Below, one piece after another: positions 14,643-23,558 of a stretch of 64,000 nt of DNA. Position 1 is the stretch's first letter. Each line of letters begins with the position of its first letter. The position numbers were made by a program, and so were the translations under genes. This stretch comes from Burkholderiales bacterium (GTDB taxonomy: Bacteria; Pseudomonadota; Gammaproteobacteria; Burkholderiales; Ga0077523): NCBI GenBank assembly GCA_019745565.1, contig JAIESW010000023.1, positions 17,835 through 81,834 of the forward strand, given 5' to 3'. The notes below the pieces were generated by a model. That model was given only the letters and a program-made list of their open reading frames with translations. It had not been told where the DNA came from and did no database searches.

Positions 14643-17201
14643 CTAGAGGGAAACGTCGAGGGAAGAGGAGGCGGCCGACACTTCGGCCGCGCACGCGCGC
14701 AGGGCGGCCGCCATCTGCTCGCCGGTGGCGAAGCGGTGCGACTTGTCCTTGGCGAGTGCCTTGTCGATGATGGCCACGAGCGAGTCGGGCAGCGCCGGGT
14801 TGAGCGCGAGAATGTCGGCGGGCGCCTCGTTGGCGATCTTGTACATGAGCTGCGTCATGGTCTCGCCCTGGAACGGCAGACCGCCGCTCGCCAGCTGGTA
14901 GACGGTCACGCCGAGCGAGAAGAGGTCGGACTGTCCGTCGATCTTCTGGCCCGCCAGCTGTTCGGGCGACATGAACGACGGCGTGCCGAGCACCATGCCG
15001 GTCTTGGTCTTGGACGAATCGGTGATGCGCGCGATGCCGAAGTCGGTGACTTTCACCGCGTCGGCCTCCGGGTCGTACATGATGTTCGCGGGCTTGATGT
15101 CGCGATGGACCACGTTCTGGGCATGCGCGTACGAAAGCGCTTCGGCCACCCGCGCCGCGATCGAGAGCATCTTCGGCAGCGGCAGCAGATTGCCCGACTT
15201 GGCGTGGGGTGCCAAGTCCTTGCCCTTGAGGAATTCCATCGCGATGTAGGCGAGATCGTGTTCCTCGCCCGCGTCGAAGATGGTGACGATGTACGGATGA
15301 TTCAGGCGCCCGGCGGTCTCCGCCTCGCGGAAGAAACGCTGCTTCACGTCCTCCAGCTCGTCGGGCTCGAACTCCTGGGACAGCGCCATGGTCTTGATCG
15401 CCACGACGCGGCCGATCTTCGGATCGCGGCCCAGATAGACCACGCCCATGGCGCCCTTGCCGAGTTCCTTCTCCACCTGATAGCGCCCCAGCATCGGCTT
15501 CTCGACCTGGCCGCCCTCGAGGATCAGCGTCGACGCATTGGTACGGCCGCCGGCGGTGCCGAGGATGACGGTTTCGGACATCTGCTTCGCGCGCGAGAGC
15601 TTCTGCTCAAGGTCGCGGAACTTCCGGTTGTGGCCACCCATGTACTCGTATACGGACTGAGCCTTGTTGAACTGGCGCTTGCGTTCGAAATCGAGCGCCA
15701 GGTTGTACAGGTTGTCCATGATGCCGTCATCGAGCGGACACTTGCGGAACTTGTCGAAGGCCATGTCGAGCTGGCCCTGACCCTGGAATGCGAGGCCCAG
15801 CATGCGGTTCGATTCGGCCGACTCGAGGTCGGAGCGCAGCTTGCCGCGTTCCGTGACCAGGAAGCGCTTGGTGGTGAGCGCCAGGTGGCCCACCAGCAGC
15901 AGCACCACCGCACTCATCAGCGGGATCCACATGAGCTGCGTGGTCATCAGCGCGAAATGCGCGGCGATCAGCACCACCATCAGCGCGCCGGTGAGCGCCG
16001 CTGCGAGTCCGGCCTTGAGCCGTGGCAGCAGCAGGGCGAGATACGCGGCGATCAACAGGAACACCGCCAGCGACACCCACGTACCCCACGCGGGCTGCAC
16101 GAAGAAATTCTCGTTGAGGATGCTCGACACCGAGTGCGCGAGCGTCAGCACGGGCGCCATGGCCGCCGAGATCGGCGTCACCTGGGTCGTGCCCACGCCG
16201 GCCGCCGTCGGGCCGATCAGCACGATCTTGTCCTTGTACTTCTCGGCCGGGATCTTGCCCTGCACGACGTCGTAGAACGAATCCACCTGGAACGCGGGCC
16301 GGCCGTCGCGATCCTTGTAGAAGTACGTGAACATCTGCAGGTAGGGATCGGTGCGGATCGCGAGATTGCCCAGCCGGACCCCTTCGCCCAACTGCACCTT
16401 CACGTCCTTCGGCTGCAGGTTGAGGCTGCGCGCCGCGATCATCAACGCGAGCGACGGATAGAAGTTGTCGTAGTAGCGCAGGACCAGCGGCTCGGTGCGG
16501 ATGCTGCCGTCCACGTCGGGCGCCGCGTTGAGGTGTCCGACCGCTGCCGCACCGATGCCGAACGCTTCGAGCGGCACCAGCACACCGACGGTGGAGAGCG
16601 GATACAGGCCGTTGTTGCCGGCACCCACGCGATCCTCGACCCCGGTCAGGTTGTTCTTCAGGACGAACTCGGGCAACGGATGGTCCGGATTGCCGCGCGG
16701 CTCGCCGAGGTTGAACAGCATCGGCATCACCACGGAACCGGCGCCGGAGATGGCGGCGGCGAGCTTGCGATCGGTGTTCAGGTTCTGCTCGGCCTCGCCG
16801 AGGAGCACCTCGATCTGTCCCAGCTGCTGCTGCACCGCGGGCGGTGCGGCCTGGAACGCCTCGATCAGCTTGTCGATGTAGACGAGACCCGGATCCACCT
16901 GGGGCTCGGAGAAGAAGATGGTGGTGCCGATGACCTTCGCCTTCGCCTGGGAAAGCGTTTCGACCATCTTGGCGTGCACGTCGCGCGACCAGGGCCAACG
17001 GCCGATGTTCGCGATGCTCTGATCGTCGATGGCGATGACCGCCACCTTGTCGCTCGGCGCGTGACCGGTGGCCCGCACGCCCATGTCATAGGCCATGCGC
17101 TCGAGGCTCTGCAACAGACTGCCGTTGGCGGCGACCAGCACCACGAGGGCGATCGCCACCGCAACGAACCAATCCGTCTTCCAGAATCCGAGCTTTCCCA
17201 T
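14643..17201 (-). CDS. CHASE2 sensor domain-containing Hanks-type Ser/Thr protein kinase
   Basis: N-terminal TM + CHASE2 (NIGRWPWSRD). TM block. C-terminal kinase: GKGAMGVVY, VAIK, HRDIKPANIM, DFGIAR, GTPSFMSPEQ. Confidence 0.9.
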   Translation of the reverse strand: MGKLGFWKTDWFVAVAIALVVLVAANGSLLQSLERMAYDMGVRATGHAPSDKVAVIAIDDQSIANIGRWPWSRDVHAKMVETLSQAKAKVIGTTIFFSEPQVDPGLVYIDKLIEAFQAAPPAVQQQLGQIEVLLGEAEQNLNTDRKLAAAISGAGSVVMPMLFNLGEPRGNPDHPLPEFVLKNNLTGVEDRVGAGNNGLYPLSTVGVLVPLEAFGIGAAAVGHLNAAPDVDGSIRTEPLVLRYYDNFYPSLALMIAARSLNLQPKDVKVQLGEGVRLGNLAIRTDPYLQMFTYFYKDRDGRPAFQVDSFYDVVQGKIPAEKYKDKIVLIGPTAAGVGTTQVTPISAAMAPVLTLAHSVSSILNENFFVQPAWGTWVSLAVFLLIAAYLALLLPRLKAGLAAALTGALMVVLIAAHFALMTTQLMWIPLMSAVVLLLVGHLALTTKRFLVTERGKLRSDLESAESNRMLGLAFQGQGQLDMAFDKFRKCPLDDGIMDNLYNLALDFERKRQFNKAQSVYEYMGGHNRKFRDLEQKLSRAKQMSETVILGTAGGRTNASTLILEGGQVEKPMLGRYQVEKELGKGAMGVVYLGRDPKIGRVVAIKTMALSQEFEPDELEDVKQRFFREAETAGRLNHPYIVTIFDAGEEHDLAYIAMEFLKGKDLAPHAKSGNLLPLPKMLSIAARVAEALSYAHAQNVVHRDIKPANIMYDPEADAVKVTDFGIARITDSSKTKTGMVLGTPSFMSPEQLAGQKIDGQSDLFSLGVTVYQLASGGLPFQGETMTQLMYKIANEAPADILALNPALPDSLVAIIDKALAKDKSHRFATGEQMAAALRACAAEVSAASSSLDVSL

Positions 17202-17289
17202 CCTCGCGCTTTCTGCCGTATTTTGTTGTGTTCTAAGCAGTTACCGGCGTCATTTAGACATGTTACGACTATTCGCCCTAAAGTCTATG

Positions 17290-17304
17290 ATTTGTTGAAC
17301 AAAT
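17290..17304. promoter_or_regulatory. Perfect 7-1-7 palindrome in the AT-rich leader of the kinase operon (candidate operator)
   Basis: ATTTGTTgAACAAAT. On the minus strand it lies just upstream of a weak sigma70-like TAGACT-N16-TAACAT pair. Confidence 0.35.
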
Positions 17305-17527
17305 AATGCATCGGGGTTCGCTGGGCGAGAAACGATCCGATGGACCGTGAAATCGGGCCGGAGCGTCGGGCACAGGCCGGCATGCACAGGTGTCGCTTGC
17401 TTGCAGTCTTCTGTTTTGATTCGGGAAAGGCCTTCGGGCACGCGGCGATTCGCGGCCGCGACACGGCGTGCCCCGGGAATGCCGAGGCACGTCGCAGGGC
17501 GAGACAAAAGCAATAAGCGTGCAACTG

Positions 17528-17550
17528 GTGCCGCGAGCACTCCGCGGCAC
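17528..17550 (-). terminator. Candidate terminator hairpin downstream of the DUF1330 gene
   Basis: GTGCCGCG-agcactc-CGCGGCAC, a perfect 8-bp stem. A T-rich stretch (cttattgcttttg) follows at a short distance on the minus strand. Confidence 0.4.
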
Positions 17551-17563
17551 GGGTGGACGCCCT

Positions 17564-17851
17564 CTAGAGACCCTCGACCAGGATGACGTTGGTCGCTGCA
17601 GTGCGCTGCCGGATGGCCTTCACCGGTGCGTACTCGTCCGAGTGATACCAGGCGCGCGCCGCCGCCATGCTCTCGAATTCCAGCACGACCAGCCGCTTCG
17701 GTTGGTAGCTGCCTTCCAGCACCTCGAAGCCGCCGCCACGGACGATATACGCGCCACCCGCCCCGGTGATGGTCGGAGCGACCAGCTGGCGATAGGTCTC
17801 GAATCCCATCGGATCGGACACGTCGACGTCGGCGATGAGGTAGGCGGGCAT
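17564..17851 (-). CDS. DUF1330 domain protein
   Basis: 95 aa from MPAYLIADVDVSDPMGFETYR..., with the typical DUF1330 (dimeric alpha-beta barrel) N-terminus and length. Confidence 0.75.
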   Translation of the reverse strand: MPAYLIADVDVSDPMGFETYRQLVAPTITGAGGAYIVRGGGFEVLEGSYQPKRLVVLEFESMAAARAWYHSDEYAPVKAIRQRTAATNVILVEGL

Positions 17852-17914
17852 GGCACGACTCTCGAACGAGGAAGCGGCGATGCTAGCAAGTCGGCGCACC
17901 GGCGCCAACGCGCC

Positions 17915-19129
17915 TCACGCCGGCACGCCGACGAGCTCCCCCTGGGCCGCAAGCCCCAACAGCACGCGCTCGAGGTCGTCGTAGACGACCTCCCAGTCCA
18001 CGCTCTCCGCGGTGACGCGCGCCGCCCGGCCGAGCGTCCGTACGCGTTCGGCACTTGCGGCGAGGCTCGCCGCATGCGCGATGAACTCGGGTTCGGCATC
18101 GGGCCGCGCCAGCAGGCCGGTCGCCTCATGCCGGATGTGCTGACGTGCGGCTGCGTAGTCGTAGGCGACCACCGCGAGGCCGCTCGCCATCGCCTCCAGG
18201 GTGACGTTGCCGAAGGTCTCGGTGAGGCTCGCGAACAGGAACACGTCGCCCGAAGCGTAGTGCCGCGCCAGTTCCTCGCCGATACGCATGCCGGCGAACA
18301 CGTGCTCGGGGAAGCGCCGCTCCAGGCTCGCCCGTTCCGGTCCGTCGCCTACGAACACGAGCTTCACACGCGGGTCCTTGCGGCGCATCGCGTCGAATGC
18401 AGCCAGCACGACGGGCAGGTTCTTCTCGGGCGCGATCCGCCCGACGACCAGCACGACGGTGTCGTCGTCGCCCACACCCCAGAACGCGCGCAGTTCACGG
18501 CTGCGACGGGAAGGCGCGAACAACCGCGTATCCACACCACGGGCGACGACGCGCACGTTGCGGTAGCCGCTAGCGGTGAGCGCATCGCGCATCTCGCCGG
18601 TGGGCACCATCGTGACCAGTGCCTTGTTGTGGAACTTGCGCAGGTAGGCCGAGATGGGCTTGCGCAGCCAGCCGACGCCGTAGTGCCGGCTGTAGCTGTG
18701 AAAATTGGTGTGGAAGTCCGATGCCACCGGAATGCGCAACCGGTGCGCCGCCGAGACCGCCGACCATCCGAGCGGACCTTCGGTCGCCACCTGGACCACG
18801 TCCGGCCGCTTGCGCTGCCACAGCTTGATCAAGCCCTGCCGGGCCGGCAGCCCCATGCGCAGGCTGTCATAGCGCGGAATCGGCAGGCCGGGCTTCAGTA
18901 CCTCCTCGAAATTGTCGCGCGAGACCGCGGCATCGCCCGCTCCCTGGCGCGGCCGGATGAGCTGCACCTGATGGTTGCGGGCCTGCAGCGCGGCGACCAT
19001 GCGGCCGAGCGTCATCGCGACGCCGTTCACCTCCGGCGGATAGGTCTCCGTGACCACGGCCACCCGCAGGCTCGGGCGCTGCACCGGCAGCTGCTGCAAG
19101 AGAAAGGAGGACTCGAGCACGGCGCGCAC
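17915..19129 (-). CDS. Glycosyltransferase family 4 (GT-B, group 1)
   Basis: RVAVVTETYPPEVNGVAMTL N-terminus. C-terminal ...VFLFASLTETFGNVTLEAMASGLAVV (E-x7-E region). Confidence 0.85.
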   Translation of the reverse strand: MRAVLESSFLLQQLPVQRPSLRVAVVTETYPPEVNGVAMTLGRMVAALQARNHQVQLIRPRQGAGDAAVSRDNFEEVLKPGLPIPRYDSLRMGLPARQGLIKLWQRKRPDVVQVATEGPLGWSAVSAAHRLRIPVASDFHTNFHSYSRHYGVGWLRKPISAYLRKFHNKALVTMVPTGEMRDALTASGYRNVRVVARGVDTRLFAPSRRSRELRAFWGVGDDDTVVLVVGRIAPEKNLPVVLAAFDAMRRKDPRVKLVFVGDGPERASLERRFPEHVFAGMRIGEELARHYASGDVFLFASLTETFGNVTLEAMASGLAVVAYDYAAARQHIRHEATGLLARPDAEPEFIAHAASLAASAERVRTLGRAARVTAESVDWEVVYDDLERVLLGLAAQGELVGVPA

Positions 19130-19194
19130 TGTGCCGGCGCTTGTCGAAACCCTGATGACGCCGTCGTGACGGTTGGGTTACGTCGTCCGGGGGC

Positions 19195-19277
19195 CAGGGG
19201 CTAGGGACTAAGGGGCTAGGGAAAAACGGGGAACCTTGAGAAGCCACCACACCCTAGCCCCTAGTCCCTAGCCCCTG
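19195..19277. repeat. Long imperfect inverted repeat built from CTAGGG units
   Basis: Left arm caggggctagggactaaggggctaggg (19195-19221). Right arm ccctagcccctagtccctagcccctg (19252-19277). Complementary except for a one-base indel. 30-nt loop. Confidence 0.85.
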
Positions 19278-19297
19278 CTCTCTGTCTTCCTCGCTCG

Positions 19298-19681
19298 CTA
19301 TCCAAACAGAACCAGCACCCACACGATCACGACATTCACCAGCGACAGCAGCACTGCCGCGCTCCCGATGTCCTTCGCGCGCTTCGCCAGCCGGTGATTC
19401 TCCAGCGATATGCGGTCCACGGTCGCTTCCACGGCCGAGTTGAGCAGCTCCACGATCAGCACCAGCAGTACGCTGCCCGTCAGCAGCGCCTTCCCGATGC
19501 CCGTCGTCGGCATGAACAGGGCGACGGGCAGCAGAACCAGCGCTAGCAGCACTTCCTGGCGGAATGCATCCTCGTGCCGATAGGCCGCGCGGATTCCGTC
19601 GATGGAATAGAACAGCGCATTCCAGACGCGCCGGAGGCCCGTCTTGCCCTTGTGCGGGCTTTCCGGCGGCGTCATGTCCAT
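19298..19681 (-). CDS. dgkA: Diacylglycerol kinase
   Basis: 127 aa, three TM segments. TGLRRVWNALFYSIDGIRAAYRHEDAFRQE and EATVDRIS resemble DgkA. Confidence 0.88.
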   Translation of the reverse strand: MDMTPPESPHKGKTGLRRVWNALFYSIDGIRAAYRHEDAFRQEVLLALVLLPVALFMPTTGIGKALLTGSVLLVLIVELLNSAVEATVDRISLENHRLAKRAKDIGSAAVLLSLVNVVIVWVLVLFG

Positions 19682-19803
19682 GGGCGGGGCTCGCGTGCGT
19701 TCAGAACGCGCGGCATGCTGAGCCCCGTCTGCTACGGTTTGATGTCAGCGCAATGACTGTTGCCGCGAGGGGCCGGCGACCACGGGAAGCCCCGGGGCCC
19801 GCT

Positions 19804-20304
19804 TCAGTTCAATGCGGCCAGCGCTGCATCGTAGTTCGGCTCCTGCGCAATCTCGGGCACGAGTTCCGAGTGCAGGACCTTGTTGTTCTCGTCGAGCACG
19901 ACCACGGCTCGCGCGGTGAGCCCCTTCAGCGGACCGTCGGCGATGTCGACGCCGTACTTCTGGTGGAAATCCTTCGAGCGGAAGGTCGACAGCGTCACGA
20001 CGTTGTTGAGGCCCTCTGCGCCGCAGAAGCGGCCCATCGCGAACGGCAGATCTGCCGCGATCACCAGCACGACGGAATTGTTCATGGTCGAGGCCTTCTC
20101 GTTGAACACGCGCGTCGACTTCTGGCACGTGGGCGTGTCCAGGCTCGGGACGATGTTGAGCACCTTGCGCTTGCCGGCCCATTGGGCCAGGCCGACATCG
20201 CCCAGTTCCTTGGTGGCGAGGTTGAAATCGGGGGCGGCGTCACCGCGCTTCGGCAGGTTGCCGGCTACGGTGATGGGATTGCCTTTGAGGGTGACGGTTG
20301 CCAT
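19804..20304 (-). CDS. tpx: Thiol peroxidase
   Basis: 166 aa. VTLKGNPI...APDF...[14 protein letters not shown]... is the typical Tpx peroxiredoxin pattern. Confidence 0.92.
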   Translation of the reverse strand: MATVTLKGNPITVAGNLPKRGDAAPDFNLATKELGDVGLAQWAGKRKVLNIVPSLDTPTCQKSTRVFNEKASTMNNSVVLVIAADLPFAMGRFCGAEGLNNVVTLSTFRSKDFHQKYGVDIADGPLKGLTARAVVVLDENNKVLHSELVPEIAQEPNYDAALAALN

Positions 20305-20385
20305 CGGGAGGTCTCCGGGTGATTGCAGATCGTGAGCAGCGCAGTATGCCGAGCCCGCCGGCAGCCGACAACGCCGCCGGCAGAA

Positions 20386-21249
20386 TCAGGGATGGAAGAG
20401 ATAGATGCGATAGCCCGCGGCGATGATGTCGCCGGTGTCGAGGCGCAGCCGTATCGCTGCCTCGCCGTTGGCCGCAAGTCCGCGGCTGGTGTCGGCGCCG
20501 TCGAGGTACTCCTCGGGAGTGAAAACCTTGCGCGCCGCCACCTGATCGCGCGAGTTGGTGAGCGTGAGTTCCAGCATCGGCCACGCCTGCAGCGTGGTCG
20601 CGCGATTGCGGATGGTTGCGCTCAACACCACCCGCCCTGGGCGGGAAGCGTCGAGCGCCTGCAGATCGGAAGCCTCGATCGACAAGCGGTCCGCGAGCCG
20701 CGGCAACGGCACATCGCAGCCGAGCTGGACGCAGGCCGCTTCGAGCATCGGCCGCGATTCCGGCACCGCGGCCGCGACTTCGGCACGAAAGGTGAACAGG
20801 CCCTGCAGCGCCAGCGTCACCAGCAAGAGCACGGCCGACGCCACCAACAGCAGCGAAGTCCGCTCGGGCTCCCGGGGCGGCGCGATGTCGTGGCGGACCG
20901 GCGGCGGAGCTGCGGGCCGCTCTTCCACGATCGCGCGCGGCGGCTCGTACTCGGCCTCCACCACCAGGTCGGGCTCGCGCGGCAACTGATCGTTGGCCGT
21001 CAGCTCGAGATCGAGCACCTGTTCGGCGGGCTCCTCCAGTCGCGGCGGCAGTCCCTCGGCGACGGCCGGCGCCGGCACCGGTTCCATGGCGAGCGGCTCG
21101 GTGCCGTTGCGCGGGTCGCTGGCCGACAAGGCCACGAAGGCATCGAAGACGTTCTGGCAGACGCCGCAACGCACCTGCCCGCTGGAAGTCTGCAACTGCT
21201 CCAGCGTCACGCGGAACGTGGCTTCGCAGTGGGTGCAGCGCGTGAACAT
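20386..21249 (-). CDS. Zinc-ribbon (MJ0042-type) and DUF3426 domain protein
   Basis: Starts MFTRCTHCEATFRV...VRCGVCQNVFDA. Central TM segment. C-terminal DUF3426-like region. The longer track ORF overlaps prmA out of frame. Confidence 0.75.
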   Translation of the reverse strand: MFTRCTHCEATFRVTLEQLQTSSGQVRCGVCQNVFDAFVALSASDPRNGTEPLAMEPVPAPAVAEGLPPRLEEPAEQVLDLELTANDQLPREPDLVVEAEYEPPRAIVEERPAAPPPVRHDIAPPREPERTSLLLVASAVLLLVTLALQGLFTFRAEVAAAVPESRPMLEAACVQLGCDVPLPRLADRLSIEASDLQALDASRPGRVVLSATIRNRATTLQAWPMLELTLTNSRDQVAARKVFTPEEYLDGADTSRGLAANGEAAIRLRLDTGDIIAAGYRIYLFHP

Positions 21250-21265
21250 CGTCACGGCACGCACC

Positions 21266-22141
21266 TCATCGTTTGATGCCCCACAGGCACACCCAACCCT
21301 CTTCCTCTTCCGCCGGTTGCAGCTCGAGCCAAGGCCGATAGGCCTCGGCGACGAGATCGCGCTGCGCGGACAGAATGCCGGACAAGACCACGGCACCGCC
21401 ACTCCGGGCCAGTCCGCAGATGAGCGGCGCCAGCACGCGCAGCGGGTTGGACAGGATGTTCGCCACGACCACGTCCGCCGGCGGCGGCGCGAAGTCGTCC
21501 GGTTCGAAGAACGTCGCCGCCACGCCGTTGCGCGCCGCGTTGTCGCGACTGGCGACCACCGCCTGCGGATCGATGTCGACACCGGTGACCGGACCGGCGC
21601 CCAGCAGCCTGGCCGCGATCGCGAGCACGCCGGAACCGCAACCGTAGTCGATGACGGAAGCGCCGGCGGCAAGATGACGATCGAGCCATCGCAGACACAG
21701 GCGCGTGGTCGGATGGCTACCGGTGCCGAACGCGAGGCCCGGATCGAGCCGCAGATTGAGCGCTGCCGGATCGACCGGTTCGTGCCACGTGGGCACGATC
21801 CACAGGCGCGGCGTCACCGCAATGGGCTCGAACTGGTCCTGCGTGAGGCGCACCCAGTCCTGCTCCTCGACCGCAGATACCTCCGGATGCGCATCGGGCC
21901 CGAGTACGGCGCGCACGGCGGCATCGACATCCACGTCCGGCGCAAACAGCGCGGTCACGTGGTTGTCGTCCCAGGCCCCGGTCGCATGGCCGCCGGGTTC
22001 GCCGAACAGCGGCCGCTCGTGCGCGAGACCGGCAGCGGCATCGGCCACGTCCACCGACAGGGCCCCCGCCTCCAGCAACGCGTCCGACACGCGTTCCGCG
22101 TCCTCGGCCGGCACCCGGAGCGCTACGCGTTGCCAGGCCAT
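21266..22141 (-). CDS. prmA: Ribosomal protein L11 methyltransferase
   Basis: 291 aa. GLAFGTGSHPTT, VIDYGCGSGVLAI, NIL motifs. Located downstream of accBC as in many proteobacteria. Confidence 0.92.
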   Translation of the reverse strand: MAWQRVALRVPAEDAERVSDALLEAGALSVDVADAAAGLAHERPLFGEPGGHATGAWDDNHVTALFAPDVDVDAAVRAVLGPDAHPEVSAVEEQDWVRLTQDQFEPIAVTPRLWIVPTWHEPVDPAALNLRLDPGLAFGTGSHPTTRLCLRWLDRHLAAGASVIDYGCGSGVLAIAARLLGAGPVTGVDIDPQAVVASRDNAARNGVAATFFEPDDFAPPPADVVVANILSNPLRVLAPLICGLARSGGAVVLSGILSAQRDLVAEAYRPWLELQPAEEEEGWVCLWGIKR

Positions 22142-22156
22142 CGACGTTGCCGCTCC

Positions 22157-23512
22157 TCAGTCGCCCTTCTTCGCCAGGCCGAGCTTGTGCTCGAGGTAGT
22201 GGATGTTGGTGCCGCCGCGGATGAATGCGCTGTCGGTCATGATGTCCTGGTGCAGCGGCAGGTTGGTCTGGATACCTTCGACCACCATCTCCGAGAGCGC
22301 GATGCGCATGCGTGCGATCGCCTGGGCGCGTGTGTCGCCGTAGGCGATGACCTTGCCCACCAGCGAGTCGTAGTAGGGCGGGACGACGTAGTTCACGAAC
22401 GCATGCGAGTCGACGCGGATGCCCGGCCCGCCCGGCGTGTGCCACGAGGTGATGCGGCCCGGCGAGGGCGTGAACTTGTACGGATGCTCGGCGTTGATCC
22501 GGCATTCGATCGCGTGACCGCTGAACTCGATGTCGCGCTGCTTGAACGGCAGCTTCTCGCCCGCGGCCACGCGGATCTGCGTCTGCACGATGTCGATGCC
22601 GGTGATCATCTCGGTGACCGGATGCTCCACCTGGACGCGCGTGTTCATCTCGATGAAATAGAACTCGCCCTTCTCGTACAGGAACTCGAACGTACCCGCA
22701 CCGCGATAGCCGATCTTGCGGCAGGCCTCGGCACAGCGCTCGCCGATGCGGGTGAGTTCGCGCATCGTGAGCCCGGGCGCCGGCGCTTCCTCCACCACCT
22801 TCTGATGCCGCCGCTGCATGGAGCAATCGCGCGAACCGAGGTGCACGGCCGCCTTGTGCTCATCGGCCAGCACCTGGATCTCGATATGGCGCGGGTTCTC
22901 GAGGAACTTCTCCATGTACACGGTCGCGTTGTTGAACGCATTGCGCGCTTCGCTGCGCGTCGTGTTCACCGCATTGAGCAGCGCCGCCTCGGTGTGCACG
23001 ACCCGCATGCCGCGACCGCCGCCGCCGCCGGCCGCCTTGATGATGACCGGGTACCCGATGGACCGCGCGATCTTGATGATCTCCTGCGGCTCATCCGGCA
23101 GGGCCCCGTCCACACCGGGCACCACGGGCACACCCGCTTTCTGCATGGCGAGCTTGGCGCTCACCTTGTCGCCCATCAGCCGGATGGTCTCCGGCCGCGG
23201 CCCGATGAACACGAAGCCGCTCTTCTCCACGCGCTCGGCGAAATCCGCGTTCTCCGACAGGAAGCCGTACCCGGGATGGATGGCCTCGGCATCGGTCACC
23301 TCGGCTGCGCTGATGATCGCCGGCGTATTGAGGTAGCTCAGCGCCGAGGCGGGCGGGCCGATGCAGACCGATTCGTCGGCGAGACGCACGTACTTGGCGT
23401 CGGAGTCCGCTTCGGAATGCACGGCAACGGTCTTGATGCCCATTTCGCGGCAGGCGCGCTGCACGCGCAGCGCGATCTCGCCGCGATTGGCTATGAGGAT
23501 CTTCTCGAACAT
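22157..23512 (-). CDS. accC: Acetyl-CoA carboxylase, biotin carboxylase subunit
   Basis: [18 protein letters not shown]-terminus and ATP-grasp motifs throughout. The start at 23512 is preferred over the upstream ATG at 23530. Confidence 0.95.
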   Translation of the reverse strand: MFEKILIANRGEIALRVQRACREMGIKTVAVHSEADSDAKYVRLADESVCIGPPASALSYLNTPAIISAAEVTDAEAIHPGYGFLSENADFAERVEKSGFVFIGPRPETIRLMGDKVSAKLAMQKAGVPVVPGVDGALPDEPQEIIKIARSIGYPVIIKAAGGGGGRGMRVVHTEAALLNAVNTTRSEARNAFNNATVYMEKFLENPRHIEIQVLADEHKAAVHLGSRDCSMQRRHQKVVEEAPAPGLTMRELTRIGERCAEACRKIGYRGAGTFEFLYEKGEFYFIEMNTRVQVEHPVTEMITGIDIVQTQIRVAAGEKLPFKQRDIEFSGHAIECRINAEHPYKFTPSPGRITSWHTPGGPGIRVDSHAFVNYVVPPYYDSLVGKVIAYGDTRAQAIARMRIALSEMVVEGIQTNLPLHQDIMTDSAFIRGGTNIHYLEHKLGLAKKGD

Positions 23513-23558
23513 GGTTTTCCGGGCAGCCACGAAAGCCTTGAGCGTCAGACGCCGCCGG

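Noticed and set aside
17290-17304. Palindrome ATTTGTTgAACAAAT as a CRP/Vfr (cAMP receptor) site, which would tie in with the cyclase
   Set aside because: It does not fit TGTGA-N6-TCACA in sequence or half-site spacing, and it does not fit FNR (TTGAT-N4-ATCAA). It is kept only as an unassigned candidate operator.
14517-17306. 929-aa plus-strand ORF opposite the CHASE2 kinase gene. Similar long shadow ORFs occur at 20993-23569, 29091-31319, 33530-35221, 38546-40951, 45394-48771, 48476-50482, 51170-53344 and 56341-59193.
   Set aside because: All lie antisense to genes with strong family signatures (kinase, accC, ppc, hemC/D, ABC substrate-binding protein, GGDEF-EAL, metB-like, RND). Their translations are Arg/His/Gly/Asp-rich with no motifs.
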